Shown here in pieces: positions 34,404 to 45,153 of a DNA stretch of 64,000 bases. Location: the NCBI GenBank assembly GCA_963844035.1, contig CAWJMT010000004.1:224001-288000 (forward strand), read 5' to 3'. The stretch is from an uncultured Gemmatimonadales bacterium (lineage in GTDB: Bacteria; Gemmatimonadota; Gemmatimonadetes; Gemmatimonadales; GWC2-71-9). The translations under genes and the position numbers were made by a program. The first letter of the stretch is position 1. Each line of letters opens with the position of its first letter. The notes beneath the pieces are model-generated. The model was not told the origin of the DNA. It did no database searches and worked only from the letters and a program-made list of their open reading frames with translations.

Positions 34404-35768
34404 CTAGGCGATCGAGACCGCCTTGATGTTCACGAACTCTCGGAGACCGTACTCCGAGAGCTCGCGACCGTAACCCGACCGCTTCACGCCGCCGAACGGC
34501 AGCCGCGGATCGGACTTCACGACGGCGTTGACGAACACGCACCCCGAATCGATCTCTCCGGCCAGTCGCTCCGCTCGTTCCCGGTCCCGCGTCCACAGAG
34601 AAGCACCCAGCCCGTACACGGAGGCGTTCGCCACCCGCACCGCGTCGCTCTCGTCGCGTACGCGAATCACCGCCGCCACGGGGCCGAACGTCTCCTCGTC
34701 GAACGCCGGCATCCCTGGGTTGACCGCGGCGAGCAGTGTGGGCGGATAGAACGCGCCCGGACCCTCGGGTACCCGGCCGCCGAACACGAGGCGCGCCCCG
34801 CGCGCCACCGACTGCTCCACCTGACGGTGCAGCGAGGCCCGCAAATCGATCCTGGCCTGGGGCCCGACATCGGTGCCCGGCTGCAGCGGATCACCCACCG
34901 TCCGCTGCCTGAGCGCGGCGCCAAACGCATCGAGAAACTGGTCTGCCACCGCTTCGACCACGATGAACCGCTTGGCGGCGATGCAGCTTTGGCCGCTGTT
35001 TATCAGGCGCGCTTCGGCGGCCGCGCGAGCGGCAGCGTGGACGTCGGCGTCCGCCAGCACGATGAACGGATCGCTCCCGCCCAGCTCGAGGACGCTCTTC
35101 TTGAGGTGACGCCCCGCCTGCTCCGCCACGCTGGCGCCGGCGCGCGGGCTGCCGGTCAGGGTGACAGCGCGAACGCGATCGTCCGCAATCACCCGTGCGA
35201 CGACGTCGGGCTCGACGAGGATCGTCTGGAACACGCCTGCGGGATAGCCCGCGTCGCGGAACAGCGCCTCGATCTCGAGGGCGCAGCGTGACACATTGGG
35301 CGCGTGCTTGAGAATTCCGACATTCCCCGCCATGAGCGCCGGGGCCGCGAACCGGAAGACCTGCCAGAAGGGATAGTTCCAGGGCATCACGGCCAGAACG
35401 GGGCCCAGCGGATCGAACCGGACATAGCTCCGCGACGCGTCGGTGCGACGCTCCTCGGGCGCCAGCATCGCGTCGGCGTGCTCGGCATAGTACTCGCAGG
35501 CGAGTGCACACTTTTCGGACTCCGCCTCCCCCTGCGGCAGCGGCTTCCCCATTTCGAGCGCCATGGTCTTCGCGTACCGGCTCTTGCGCTCGCGCAGCAG
35601 GCGGCCGGCCTCCCGCAGCAGCGCCGCGCGTATCGCGTAGGGCTGCCGCCGCCAGGCTCGCGACGCTGCATCGGCGCGCGCCAGCACTCCCTCGAGGGCG
35701 GCCGGTGTGGTTGGCTCGAACGTCTCCAGCACGGCGCCGGTGGTGGGATTGATCGACTGGAAAGCCAT
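34404..35768 (-). CDS. NAD(P)-dependent succinate-semialdehyde dehydrogenase (Sad/GabD-type)
   Basis: VMPWNYPFWQVFRF, LELGGSDPF, NSGQSCIAAKRF, EETFGP, PFGGVKRSGYGREL. Confidence 0.93.
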   Translation of the reverse strand: MAFQSINPTTGAVLETFEPTTPAALEGVLARADAASRAWRRQPYAIRAALLREAGRLLRERKSRYAKTMALEMGKPLPQGEAESEKCALACEYYAEHADAMLAPEERRTDASRSYVRFDPLGPVLAVMPWNYPFWQVFRFAAPALMAGNVGILKHAPNVSRCALEIEALFRDAGYPAGVFQTILVEPDVVARVIADDRVRAVTLTGSPRAGASVAEQAGRHLKKSVLELGGSDPFIVLADADVHAAARAAAEARLINSGQSCIAAKRFIVVEAVADQFLDAFGAALRQRTVGDPLQPGTDVGPQARIDLRASLHRQVEQSVARGARLVFGGRVPEGPGAFYPPTLLAAVNPGMPAFDEETFGPVAAVIRVRDESDAVRVANASVYGLGASLWTRDRERAERLAGEIDSGCVFVNAVVKSDPRLPFGGVKRSGYGRELSEYGLREFVNIKAVSIA

Positions 35769-35772
35769 CGCG

Positions 35773-36999
35773 TCAGTCGCGCCGGACGCGGCCGCGTGCC
35801 ACTGCGTCTGGCCCGAACCGCCCCCGGACGTCGTCCATCACGCGCGCGATCGTGCGATCGCGGTCGGTCTCGACGCTCGCGCTCGCCTCGGTCTCGAACA
35901 GGCTCAGCTGGGTCTTGGCGTCCGCGGGAACGAGCCGTGAGAGCGATACACCAAGCAGACGCGCAGGTACGCGCCGTGCCGCTCGTAGCTTGGCAAGCAG
36001 CTCGCAGGCCACGGCGTACACCGCCCGGTCTGACTGCACCGGGGCGCCGACCGTATGGCTCGCCTGGCGGGTGGTGAAATCCCAGTCGCGCAACTTGACC
36101 GTCACCGTACGGGCAACCAGGCCTCCGTCCCGCAGGTCGGCAGTTGCGCGGTCTGCCAGGCGCAGCAGGTGCGCAGTGAGATCTGCGTCGTCTACGATGT
36201 CCTTGGGGAACGTTTCGTCCCGGCTGAGCGATTGCGGGACTTCCCGCGACTGCACCGGCGACGCATCGAGACCTCGGACCCTGGAGTAAAGCCACGCGCC
36301 TTCGCGCTCCCCCAACCACTTCATGAGCGAGTGTTGCTCGTGAGCGAGGACGTCCTCCACCGAGTGCAGGCCAAGCAGGGCAAGGCGCTCTTGAAACTTG
36401 GGGCCGACGAGCGGCAGGTCGGCGAGCGTGAACCGTCGCATGAAGGCCAGTTCCGCGCCCGGCTGGACCACAAAGACGCCGTCGCCCTGGGTCCCCGGCC
36501 GGGGCTTCGCGACCCCGGCAGCGAGTTTCGCGACGAGCTTCGACGTGCCGCCGCCGATCGAAACGGACAGCTTCGTCGCCGCATGGACGGCCTCGCGGAT
36601 GCGGCGCGCCGTGACGGCGAGCGGCTCCTCGTGGTACAAACGCTCCGTGCCCGACAGGTCGAGGTAGAACTCATCGCTCGAGGCGCGCTCGACGGCGGGC
36701 GTGAAGGCCGCGAGCGCGGCGCCGATCTGCGCACTCTTCTCCGCACACGCCTCCCAGGGAACGGGCACCACGGTGGCGTCGGGGCAGAGGCGCATCGCGC
36801 GGGCCATGGGCATCGCGGACGTGACGCCGTAGGCGCGGGCTTCGTACGACGCGGACGTCACGACGCCGCGATGGTCCGCGGCGCCGCCGACGATCAGGAG
36901 GGTGGCGCGGCCGGCACCTTCGGGGTCCGCGAGGCGCGCCACGGCGACGTAGAACGCGTCCGCGTCCGCGAGCAGAATGCGACGGTCCAACGAGGTCAT
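35773..36999 (-). CDS. dinB: DNA polymerase IV (Y family)
   Basis: DADAFY, SASYEARAYGV.SAMP, SSDEFYLD, RLLGV, clamp-binding motif QLSLF. Confidence 0.93.
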   Translation of the reverse strand: MTSLDRRILLADADAFYVAVARLADPEGAGRATLLIVGGAADHRGVVTSASYEARAYGVTSAMPMARAMRLCPDATVVPVPWEACAEKSAQIGAALAAFTPAVERASSDEFYLDLSGTERLYHEEPLAVTARRIREAVHAATKLSVSIGGGTSKLVAKLAAGVAKPRPGTQGDGVFVVQPGAELAFMRRFTLADLPLVGPKFQERLALLGLHSVEDVLAHEQHSLMKWLGEREGAWLYSRVRGLDASPVQSREVPQSLSRDETFPKDIVDDADLTAHLLRLADRATADLRDGGLVARTVTVKLRDWDFTTRQASHTVGAPVQSDRAVYAVACELLAKLRAARRVPARLLGVSLSRLVPADAKTQLSLFETEASASVETDRDRTIARVMDDVRGRFGPDAVARGRVRRD

Positions 37000-37142
37000 C
37001 AATGTTGAAAGGTAGGCGGCGGCGAAACGACCGGCATGAAGGACCCCACAGACTGAGTTCCATCTCCCCTCATGGACGCCGTGCTTACTTCCAATTGCCG
37101 GTTCCAGGGGCGAGTCAAGGTCATTGCAGGAAGGAGGACACC

Positions 37143-37848
37143 ATGGGCGGGGGCATGAGCATTGAGATGTGGCTGCGCGGAAGACGACAACGCTCTCTTC
37201 CGGAGCGAGTTGCAGCAGAAGTGTGTTCGACGAGTTCGAATGGGAGGCCACGCTCGACGTCGCCGATATCGGCGTTTCGGTTGACGATCACATCGTGACG
37301 CTCTCGGGCGCCGTGAAGAGCTATCCGGACAAGCTCAAAGCGGAGCGCGCGGCCAGGCGGGTTCGGGGCGTGCAGGCGGTGCGGAACCACCTGGCGGTGG
37401 TGCCCCCGGCCTGCGACCAGCGGAGCGACAGGGAGATCGCCAAGGCTGCCGGCCAGGTCCTCGGATTCGAACGTTCTGGTTCCTCGCGACGCGGTCCGTG
37501 CGACAGTCGGCGGCGGATGGGTCCACCTCGTCGGTGAGGTGAGCTTGGATGCCGAGCGCCGGGCGGCGGTTGCGGCCGTGGCGCGGCTGCTCGGCGTGAA
37601 GGGGGTCGCGGACGACATCACGGTCAGCGCCGACTCCAGCGCCCAGGGACCTGAAGGCAAGCCTCGCGACGGCGCTCCAGCGCTGCGCCAGTCTGCACGG
37701 CGACAACATTGAGGTCACGACGGACGGCGGCGCCGTGGTGCTGCGGGGTAGTGTGCGCACCCTGGCAGAACGGGACGAAGCCGAGTCAGCGGCGTGGGCA
37801 CTGCCGGGAGTGGCGAGCGTGCGGGTCGAGCTGCAGGTCGAGCGCTAG
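37143..37848 (+). CDS. BON (OsmY-like) repeat protein (several frameshifts)
   Basis: IGVSVDDHIVTLSGAV..AERAARRVRGVQAVRNHL; later VVLRG.V...AESAAWALPGV. Confidence 0.75.
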
Positions 37849-37854
37849 AGCAGT

Positions 37855-38273
37855 TCAGCGCGCCGGCTTGCCGCCAAGCTGGAGCAGGCGTTTCCACTGC
37901 TCCGCGGTCGCCGGCGCGACCGACAGGCGGCCCATCTTCACCAGGGCCATGTCGGCAAACGCCCGTCGGACTTGATTGCCGCGAGCGGTACGGGGTTGGG
38001 GAGCCGCCCGGCGGCCTTGAGATCGACGACGACAAGCTTCGGGTCATTCTTCTTCGGGTCGGGATACGGCACCGACACGACGTCCGCCATACCCACGACG
38101 GCCTTCTCGTCGCCGGTATGGTAGATCAGGACCCGATCGCCCGGCGTCATCTGGCGAATGTGCTTGAGCGCGAGGTTGTTCTTGACACCGTCCCAGACGG
38201 CGGTCTTTTCCCGCTCGAGCTGGTCGAAGCTGTAGGTGGACGGCTCGGTCTTCAGAATCCAGTAGTTCGGCAC
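37855..38273 (-). CDS. EVE domain protein (frameshift ~37960)
   Basis: YWILKTEP, WDGVKN, GDRVLIYHTG, YPDP, RLSVAP. Confidence 0.9.
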
Positions 38274-38286
38274 CGGTTCCCCTTGT

Positions 38287-38359
38287 GAACTGAGTCGTCG
38301 GGGGCTCCCGAAGCGACTGCGTATGTTCTGTCGCGCAGGGAGTCCCCGGCGACTCATTC
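38287..38359 (+). repeat. long intergenic inverted repeat / candidate structured RNA
   Basis: TGAGTCGTCGGGGGCTCCC ... GGGAGTCCCCGGCGACTCA, a 19-bp stem with two G-U pairs, plus an inner GCGAC/GTCGC stem. Confidence 0.7.
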
Positions 38360-38471
38360 GTAGCTTGCGCGACTCGCCCCGTCCCGGCAAGTCCGACTGC
38401 ACAGGTGGGGTTCAAATGGACCCTTGAGGGTCGTACACTTGGAGCCGGGCACATCCCCTTGAGGAGGACGC

Positions 38472-39512
38472 TTGAAGATCGGACTGGTGGGCTTTGCAGG
38501 CTCGGGGAAGACAACGGTCTTCAATACTCTGACGGGGCTCCACGTGCCGGTCGGGTTCGGTGGCGAGGTCCGTCTCGGGACGGTGAAGGTCCCGGACGAG
38601 CGGATCGCCGCGCTCAGCAAGATCTTTTCGCCCAAGAAGACCACGTACGCCGAGATCGTGTTCTGCGACATTCCCGGCGAGCACGGTGCCGAGAAGAAGG
38701 GGTTGTCGAACAAAGCGCTGGTGCAGATTCGCGACCAGGAAGTCGTTTGCCTCGTGCTCCGGGCGTTTGCCAATCCGGCCCTCGAAGCAGACCCGGACCC
38801 CGGCGCCGACCTCGAAGCATTCCACGCCGAATGCATTCTCGCCGATCTCGATCTCGTCGAGCGGCGGCTCAATCGCGCCAAGAAGGACAAGCCCGATCCG
38901 CTCGAGTTGGCCGCCTTCGAGCGGATGAAAGCGACCCTGGAGCACGAATGGCCGCTCCGGTCCCTGGCGCCCGAGGTGCTGAACCGCAACTACCTCAAGG
39001 GCTATGAATTTCTCACCGACCGGCCGTTGCTGGTCGTGCTGAATCGCAGCGAGGAGGAGGCCGCCGCGCCCATGCCCGAGCAGTTGACGGCGCGCATCAC
39101 GGAGCTGCACGGCGCGGGGCTGGTGCTATCGGCGAGCGTGGAGGCAGAGATAGCGGGAATGGACGTGGCCGATCAGGCGGCGTTCCTCGCGGATCTGGGA
39201 CTCACCGAATCGGCCGTGGCGCGGTTCATCCGCACCGCCTACGGCTTGCTCGACTTGATCTCGTTCTTCACGGTGGGTGAGGACGAGGTACGAGCCTGGA
39301 CGATCCGGCGGGGCACCACGGCACGCCAGGCCGCGGGACGGATCCACTCGGATCTGGAGCGAGGGTTCATCCGCGCCGAGGTGACCCCTTACGCGGTGTT
39401 CAAGCAGTTCGGATCGGAGCAGGCCGTCCGCGATGCGGGCCGCTTACAAGTCGAGGGAAAGGACTACGTGGTTTCGGACGGCGACATCCTGCACATACGA
39501 TTCAACGTCTAG
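38472..39512 (+). CDS. ychF: YchF/Ola1-family NTPase (divergent G motifs)
   Basis: GFAGSGKTT, VKVPDER, DIPG, FFTVGEDEVRAW, IHSDLERGFIRAE, EGKDYVV.DGD, RFNV. Confidence 0.9.
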   Translation: MKIGLVGFAGSGKTTVFNTLTGLHVPVGFGGEVRLGTVKVPDERIAALSKIFSPKKTTYAEIVFCDIPGEHGAEKKGLSNKALVQIRDQEVVCLVLRAFANPALEADPDPGADLEAFHAECILADLDLVERRLNRAKKDKPDPLELAAFERMKATLEHEWPLRSLAPEVLNRNYLKGYEFLTDRPLLVVLNRSEEEAAAPMPEQLTARITELHGAGLVLSASVEAEIAGMDVADQAAFLADLGLTESAVARFIRTAYGLLDLISFFTVGEDEVRAWTIRRGTTARQAAGRIHSDLERGFIRAEVTPYAVFKQFGSEQAVRDAGRLQVEGKDYVVSDGDILHIRFNV

Positions 39513-40052
39513 CAGCCGCCAGGGCTCCGAGTTTCAGGACGGTATTCCAGTTGCGGCCGGTGGCGCGGGTACGGAGCTTCTTCTCGATCAGCGCATTCGT
39601 CAGGCGCGAGCGGCCGACTCCGTTCGGATAGACGATGTAGGCGTATCTGCCATCGGCACGCAGCACCTCCGGGCCCGTGATCGCGCTCTCGAAGGGCGGA
39701 GAGGTCCTTCGCCTCGGGTGCGGCTTTCAGCACCATCACCAGCAGGCGCCCGGGATCGCGCGCGGCTTCCTTGGAAAAGGGATTGCGCGCGATCACCGCC
39801 TCCCAGTCCCGCGCCGTGCATACGAAGAAGTCCGTGTCCAAACCGAGATGGGCAGTGGCCTTCGCCTCGAACGCGCGCTCGAGCCGCGCCACGGATCGCG
39901 TGGGTCCGCGAAATACCAGGTTGCCGCTTTGGAGCAGTGATTGGGGTTCTTCGAAACCCATCTCGCGAGAGCATCGCGCGCAGGTCGGCCATCGCGACCG
40001 GCTGATGGCCGGCGACGTTGATCGCCCGGAGGAACGCGAGGTAGGTGGTCAT
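39509..40052 (-). CDS. DUF1697 family protein (frameshifts)
   Basis: YLAFLRAINVAG..MADLR; LLQSGNLVF; ARNPF. Confidence 0.85.
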
Positions 40053-40720
40053 CCCCTCGGTGGGCGGACCCGCCGCCCGGTTTTAGCCGACGGAGACTCC
40101 GTCGCGCCGACAAGGAAGCCGCATTGCGGCCGTGCGCTGTGCTCGCACTGCTCCGTCACCGGTTGCTCGGTGATCCCTTCGAAGAGCGCCTTGCCAAGAG
40201 CGCAGACTTCCGGATGCTTGGTGGTCACCGCCGAGAGCGGGCATCCATACGCCTGGACGCGCCACCCCTGGCCCGTGCTGGTGACCTCGACATCGCTTCC
40301 AAGGCTGCGCATCGCGGCCGCGGCCACGGCCACTCGGCCTCCAACGTCCGAAGGGACCGCGAAGCCCTTTGACATCTCTTCCCCGACGGCGCGGAGCAGA
40401 TCGACCACGCGGCCCCGGCCGTACCGCCGGTCGATTTCCTCGATCAGGCCGCCGAGTACGCTCCCGTAAGCTTTCGGGAACAGCTCCTCAGCCCCTTCCG
40501 TCAGGGCGTACAGACGCGCCGGCTTCCCCCCGGTGTCACGCTCGACCCCCACCTGCTCCACCATCCCGTCGCGTCCCAGGGCGGCGATATGCGTGCGCAC
40601 CGCGGTATCGGTCAAGCCGAGGGCGTCGGCGAGGCCGGCCATGGTGCGCTGCGATCGGCGCAGCAGGTGCAGCATTTTCGACTGTGTTTCGCCCAACAGC
40701 CGTTCCAACCATGGCGTCAT
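40049..40720 (-). CDS. ArsR-like HTH transcriptional regulator with a Cys-containing sensor domain (SufR-like)
   Basis: LADALGLTDTAVRTHI..L, GKPARLYALT, FPKAY, GCP..VC..C..C. Confidence 0.85.
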   Translation of the reverse strand: MTPWLERLLGETQSKMLHLLRRSQRTMAGLADALGLTDTAVRTHIAALGRDGMVEQVGVERDTGGKPARLYALTEGAEELFPKAYGSVLGGLIEEIDRRYGRGRVVDLLRAVGEEMSKGFAVPSDVGGRVAVAAAAMRSLGSDVEVTSTGQGWRVQAYGCPLSAVTTKHPEVCALGKALFEGITEQPVTEQCEHSARPQCGFLVGATESPSAKTGRRVRPPRG

Positions 40721-40868
40721 GCGTTCGTCCCGTGGGGGCGGAAGTCCAACATACTCGTTGGGATACCTGTTTAGCTAGTATTCACATAAATAGCTTGACA
40801 AAGTGTTAAAAGCGACCCACCTTCCCGTGCCTGGACGTTCGAGACCAACCCCCCTCTCGGAGGCACCG

Positions 40869-41414
40869 ATGCAGCATCCCGCGATCCGTTCCCTGCCGTC
40901 CCTGTTCTTCATGCTGGCGGCGGCCACAGGCCTCACCGCTCAGGCACCCGCGCCTGACCTGTCCGACCCCGAGGTGGCGCACGTGGCGGTGACCGCCAAC
41001 AGTATCGACATCGACCTCGCCCGGTTTGCCCAATCCCAGACCAAGACGCCCGAGGTGCGTCAGTTCGCGGCGACGATGATCACCGACCACACGGCGGTCA
41101 ACGAGCAGGCGGCGGCTCTGGCGGGCCGGCTGGGCGTCACCCCCAAGGACAACGCCGTGAGCCAGTCGTTGCTCGCCGGGGCCGCGGATGCGCGCAAGGC
41201 CCTCGAGCACCTGCAGGGCGCCGCGTTCGACCGTGCGTATATCGAACGCGAGGTCGGGTACCACCAGGCCGTGCTCGACGCACTGGACGGCTTGCTCATT
41301 CCCACCACGACGAACGCCGATCTCAAGAAACTCCTGGTGAGTGTGCGTCCCGCCATCGCGGCCCACCTGGACCACGCGAAGATTCTCAAGGGTTCGCTCG
41401 TCACGACGAAGTAA
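40869..41414 (+). CDS. DUF4142 secreted ferritin-like protein
   Basis: Signal peptide; VRQFAATMITDH, GAAFDRAYI..EV.YH, IAAHLDHA. Confidence 0.88.
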   Translation: MQHPAIRSLPSLFFMLAAATGLTAQAPAPDLSDPEVAHVAVTANSIDIDLARFAQSQTKTPEVRQFAATMITDHTAVNEQAAALAGRLGVTPKDNAVSQSLLAGAADARKALEHLQGAAFDRAYIEREVGYHQAVLDALDGLLIPTTTNADLKKLLVSVRPAIAAHLDHAKILKGSLVTTK

Positions 41415-41420
41415 CGCGGG

Positions 41421-41714
41421 TTAGCGTCGCAGCGCCCGAATTCCTACGATCAGCGCCGTCAGCGAGACGATCCAGAGTACGGGATACAGCAAGAGGAGGT
41501 CGACGCGAATGTTGCACTCGCCGGTGCACAACCACCGGCGGTGCATCGCGTACTCGTAGGGCGTGTACAGGATCCACAGAACGGCGGCGGCCGCGACCAC
41601 CCGGCGGCCCGATGCGCGATACAGCACCGCGAACGCGGCCGCGGGTAACAGCGCCAGCAGCGGCTGGGCGATAAACACGCTCAGGGGCTGAAACACCAGC
41701 GCGACCAGGTTCAT
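41421..41714 (-). CDS. small membrane protein
   Basis: Three hydrophobic segments; YEY..C.GECNIRVDLLL.YP. Confidence 0.7.
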   Translation of the reverse strand: MNLVALVFQPLSVFIAQPLLALLPAAAFAVLYRASGRRVVAAAAVLWILYTPYEYAMHRRWLCTGECNIRVDLLLLYPVLWIVSLTALIVGIRALRR

Positions 41715-41729
41715 CGCACCGTCAGCCCC

Positions 41730-42900
41730 TCAGGGGCATCGGGCCCCGAACGGGCCAGTCGGGACCTCGATCGCCGGCGCGCCGGTCCGTGGGTGCGCAA
41801 AGTCGAGCGCGTCAGCGAGGTTGTTCGCCTGTGCGTCCCGGACGGTGAGCGGTGACAGGCCCCAGCGCCATTCGATCAGGCGGAGAATCGAGGCGTGATC
41901 GTAGACCGCGCTGGAGACGTGGCCTCGGCGCGCGAAGGGAGAGATGAGCAGCGTGGGAACGCGAAACCCCCGCAGCCCGTCGACATTACCCACTGCGTAC
42001 TCCCCCGGCGGAATCGGCGCCGGCGGCGGTGGCACGTGATCGAAGAACCCCCCCCACTCGTCGAACGTGATGATCAACAGGGTCGACGGCCACGCCTCAC
42101 TCGTGGTCACCGCCTGGTAGATGCTGCTAAGAAACGCCTCGCCGTCCCGCATGTCATTGTGCGGGTGATCGTCGGCGGTGTGGCTCGGGTCGATGAAGGT
42201 GACGTGAGGCAGCGTGCCAGCCGCCGCCGAGGGGAAGAAGGTGTCAACTGTCTGGATCCACGACTGGTACCGGGTCCCAAAGATCGTTGCGAAGGGGCGC
42301 GGAGAGCCATAGTTCCGTCCAGTCAGTCCCTTGTCCGCGAGCCGATCCCAGATGGTGGGGAGTGTGCTGACCGTGGAGAGGTTCGAGAGCCTGTCGGTTT
42401 GCGCCGCGTGTATGATCAACCGGTTCGGATACGTGGGCCCGAGCACTGGCGAGAAATATCGATCCAGCACCGTCCATTCCCGTGCTGCCTGCCCGAGGAA
42501 CGCGAGGTCCTCGGCCTCGTAGTATCCGATCGCGTACAGGTCATTGGCTCCAGTCCGCAGCCATCCGTCGCACGCTCCTGCGTTGTATTCCGCCCGCCCA
42601 CCATCGAAGGAGTGATCGGGGTCCGCGAACCCACACCCCTGGAAATCCGTGAGATGATGCGTTTGGTGGGGAGTCCCGGCGCGATCGGTATAGGTGAGAC
42701 CCACCTGCCTGCCATCGGCTCCCGGAAGCCAGCCAAGCAGATGGTCGTAGGAGCGGTTCTCCATCATCACGACGATCACGTGCTCCAGACCGCTCTCCTC
42801 CGGAAGCGGGAGCCCCGACGATCCATAGTCGAGGCATCCCAGCGCACCGGCGCCGGCACCGATCGCCACGCGGGCGACGAATTCCCGCCGTGAGAGCGTG
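41730..42900 (-). CDS. phosphoesterase / phospholipase C (AcpA-like), Tat lipoprotein; start codon uncertain
   Basis: SRREFV..ALGC; MMENRSYDH, GPTYPNR, DEWGGFFDHV, GFRVP, DHASILR. Confidence 0.9.
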
Positions 42901-42927
42901 TTTCGCGCAGTCGCGGGAACTAGCGCC

Positions 42928-44167
42928 TCAGGGGCAGCGACCGAGGAACGGGCCCGTGGGAACGTCGATCATCGGCGGCGCGCTGGTCTTCGGGTGCGCA
43001 AAGTCGAGAACGTCGGCGAGGTTGTTGGCCTGTTCGTCCCGGACCGTGAGCGGGGTCAGACCCCAGCGCCACTCGATAAGGCGGAGGATCGAGGCGTGGT
43101 CGAAGACGGCGCTCGAGACGTAACGCCGGCGCGCGAACGGAGAGATGAGCAGGGTGGGAATGCGAAATCCGCGCAGTCCATCGACGTTGCCCGCAGCGTA
43201 CTCCATCGGCGGGATCGGGGCAGTCGGGGGGGCCACGTGATCGAAGAATCCTCCCCACTCATCGAACGTGATGATCAACAGCGTCGACCCCCATGCCGGA
43301 CTCGTGGTGACAGCGTGGTAAATGCTCGCGAGAAAGGCCTCCCCGCGCCGGATGTCGGCCAGGGGGTGATACGAATCGGTGTACGACCGGCCGAAATCGG
43401 GATCGACGTAGGCGACGTGCGGCAATTGACCGGTCGCCGCGTCCGTGAAGAACGACGTGAGAGGTTGGATCAGGGAGACGTATCGATTGCCGAACATCGA
43501 GGCGGAGACAATCGGGTAGCCGTAGTTCTTGGTGGTGAGACCCGCCTCAAGGAGACGATCCCAAATTGTGGGCATCGTGCTGGCCGCTGGTCCGTTGGCA
43601 ATCCGGTCGGTCTGCCCTGAGACCAGGATCAGACGATTGGGATTCGTGGGACCCATGAACGGCGTGAAGTAGCGATCGAGTACGGTCCATTCCGGTGCGG
43701 CACGCCCGAGGAATGCGAGGTCTGCCGCCTCGTAGTAACCAATCGAGAACATGTCGTTGTACTGGGTCCGGAGCCATCCGTCAGCAGCGCCGGCGTTGTG
43801 TTCCGTCCGCCCGCCCTCGAACGAGTGGTTGGGATCCGTGATGGCCGCACCCTTGAGGGTCGGTCAGGTGATGGGTGGCGTGCGGGGTTCCGGTACTGTC
43901 GAAATACGTCAGTCCGGCCTGCTTCCCGTCGGCGCCCGGAAGCCAGCCGAGCAGATGGTCGAATGAGCGGTTTTCCATCGTGACGATAATGACGTGCTCC
44001 AGGCCGCTGCTCTCTGGAAGCACGGAACCCGACGACCCGGAGTCGAGACAGCCCAGAGCCCCGGCGCCCACGCAAAGCGCTAACCCCGCGAGCACGCCTC
44101 GTCGCGAAGGACGCACTACTACTGTTCCGGCGTTTGCGGCCGGACGGACGTTTGCATCGACTCGCAT
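42928..44167 (-). CDS. second phosphoesterase / phospholipase C paralogue (frameshifts ~43760-43860)
   Basis: SRRGVL..ALGC; MENRSFDH, GPTNPNR, DEWGGFFDHV, GFRIP. Confidence 0.88.
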
Positions 44168-44263
44168 AGGTATTGTCCCCAGACAGTGGATGTTACCGCT
44201 CATCCCTGTGGAGCGCCACGGGTCACCACGAACGTCCCATGAAGCGACCGTGACCACCGACAC

Positions 44264-45141
44264 TCACGCCTGCCAGCGATGCACGCGCTCGAGGATCTCC
44301 GCGCCGCCGATCTCGCCGCACAGCGCAGCCAGCTGGGGACGTGAGGCGCCGCGCCACTCGAGGTCCTCGACTCCTTCCCGCAACGGCACGTCGGTCCTCA
44401 GCGTAGCCAGCCGGCGGTACAAGAGGGCGGCGTCCCGGTGTTCCCGCAGGCTCGTCGCGAGGGCAGCGGCACCACGCACCGCGACCTTCCACCCTCGCGC
44501 GTCGTCAGGAATCGCCTCGAGGTGCTCATAGTGAGCAAGCACCGTCGCGGCGGATCGTTCGCCCCAGCGGGGCACACCAGGGAAGCCATCCGCATTGTCC
44601 CCGACCAGGGCCAGCCAATCAGGGATCGACCCGGGCCCGACGCCGAACGTCGTCGCGCACGGCCGCTTCGTCGCGCGTGCGGCGCCGCATCCGGTCGAGG
44701 CATACAACGCGGTACCGCGCACGCATTGGGTCAGATCCTTGTCGGGCGAGCAGATGACGACCTGCTCGACCTTGGGGCTTAGCGGCCGCTTGGGCCGCCG
44801 CGCTGGCCAATGCGTCGTCAGCCTCGAACTCGACCATCGGCCACACTACCACACCCAGGGCTCCCGACGGCGCGCTCGGCGAGGGCGAATTGCGCGAGCA
44901 GCTCCGGCGGCACGCCCTCGCTGGTCTTGTATCCCTCGAATAGCTCGTTGCGAAACGACTCGATGACGTGGTCGAATGCGCAGGCGACGTGGGTTACGCC
45001 GTCCTCGCGCAACAGGGAGAGCAACGACCGCATCAACCCGAGGGTCGCCCCGACCGGAGTGCCGTCGGGAGCCTCCGTCGCGGGGGCGCCGAAATGGGCG
45101 CGGAACAGCTCGTACGTCCCGTCCACCAGGTGCACACGCAT
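44264..45141 (-). CDS. stand-alone 5'-3' exonuclease / flap endonuclease (frameshifts)
   Basis: HLVDGTYELFRA, SFRNELFEGYK, FEADD, LALVGDNADGFPGVP.WG. Confidence 0.88.
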
Positions 45142-45153
45142 CGATCGAGTCCG

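Noticed and set aside
38274..38460. 6S or SRP RNA in the ~190-nt spacer
   Set aside because: The hairpin covers only 73 nt, there is no end-to-end pairing with a central bubble, and no SRP loop motif.
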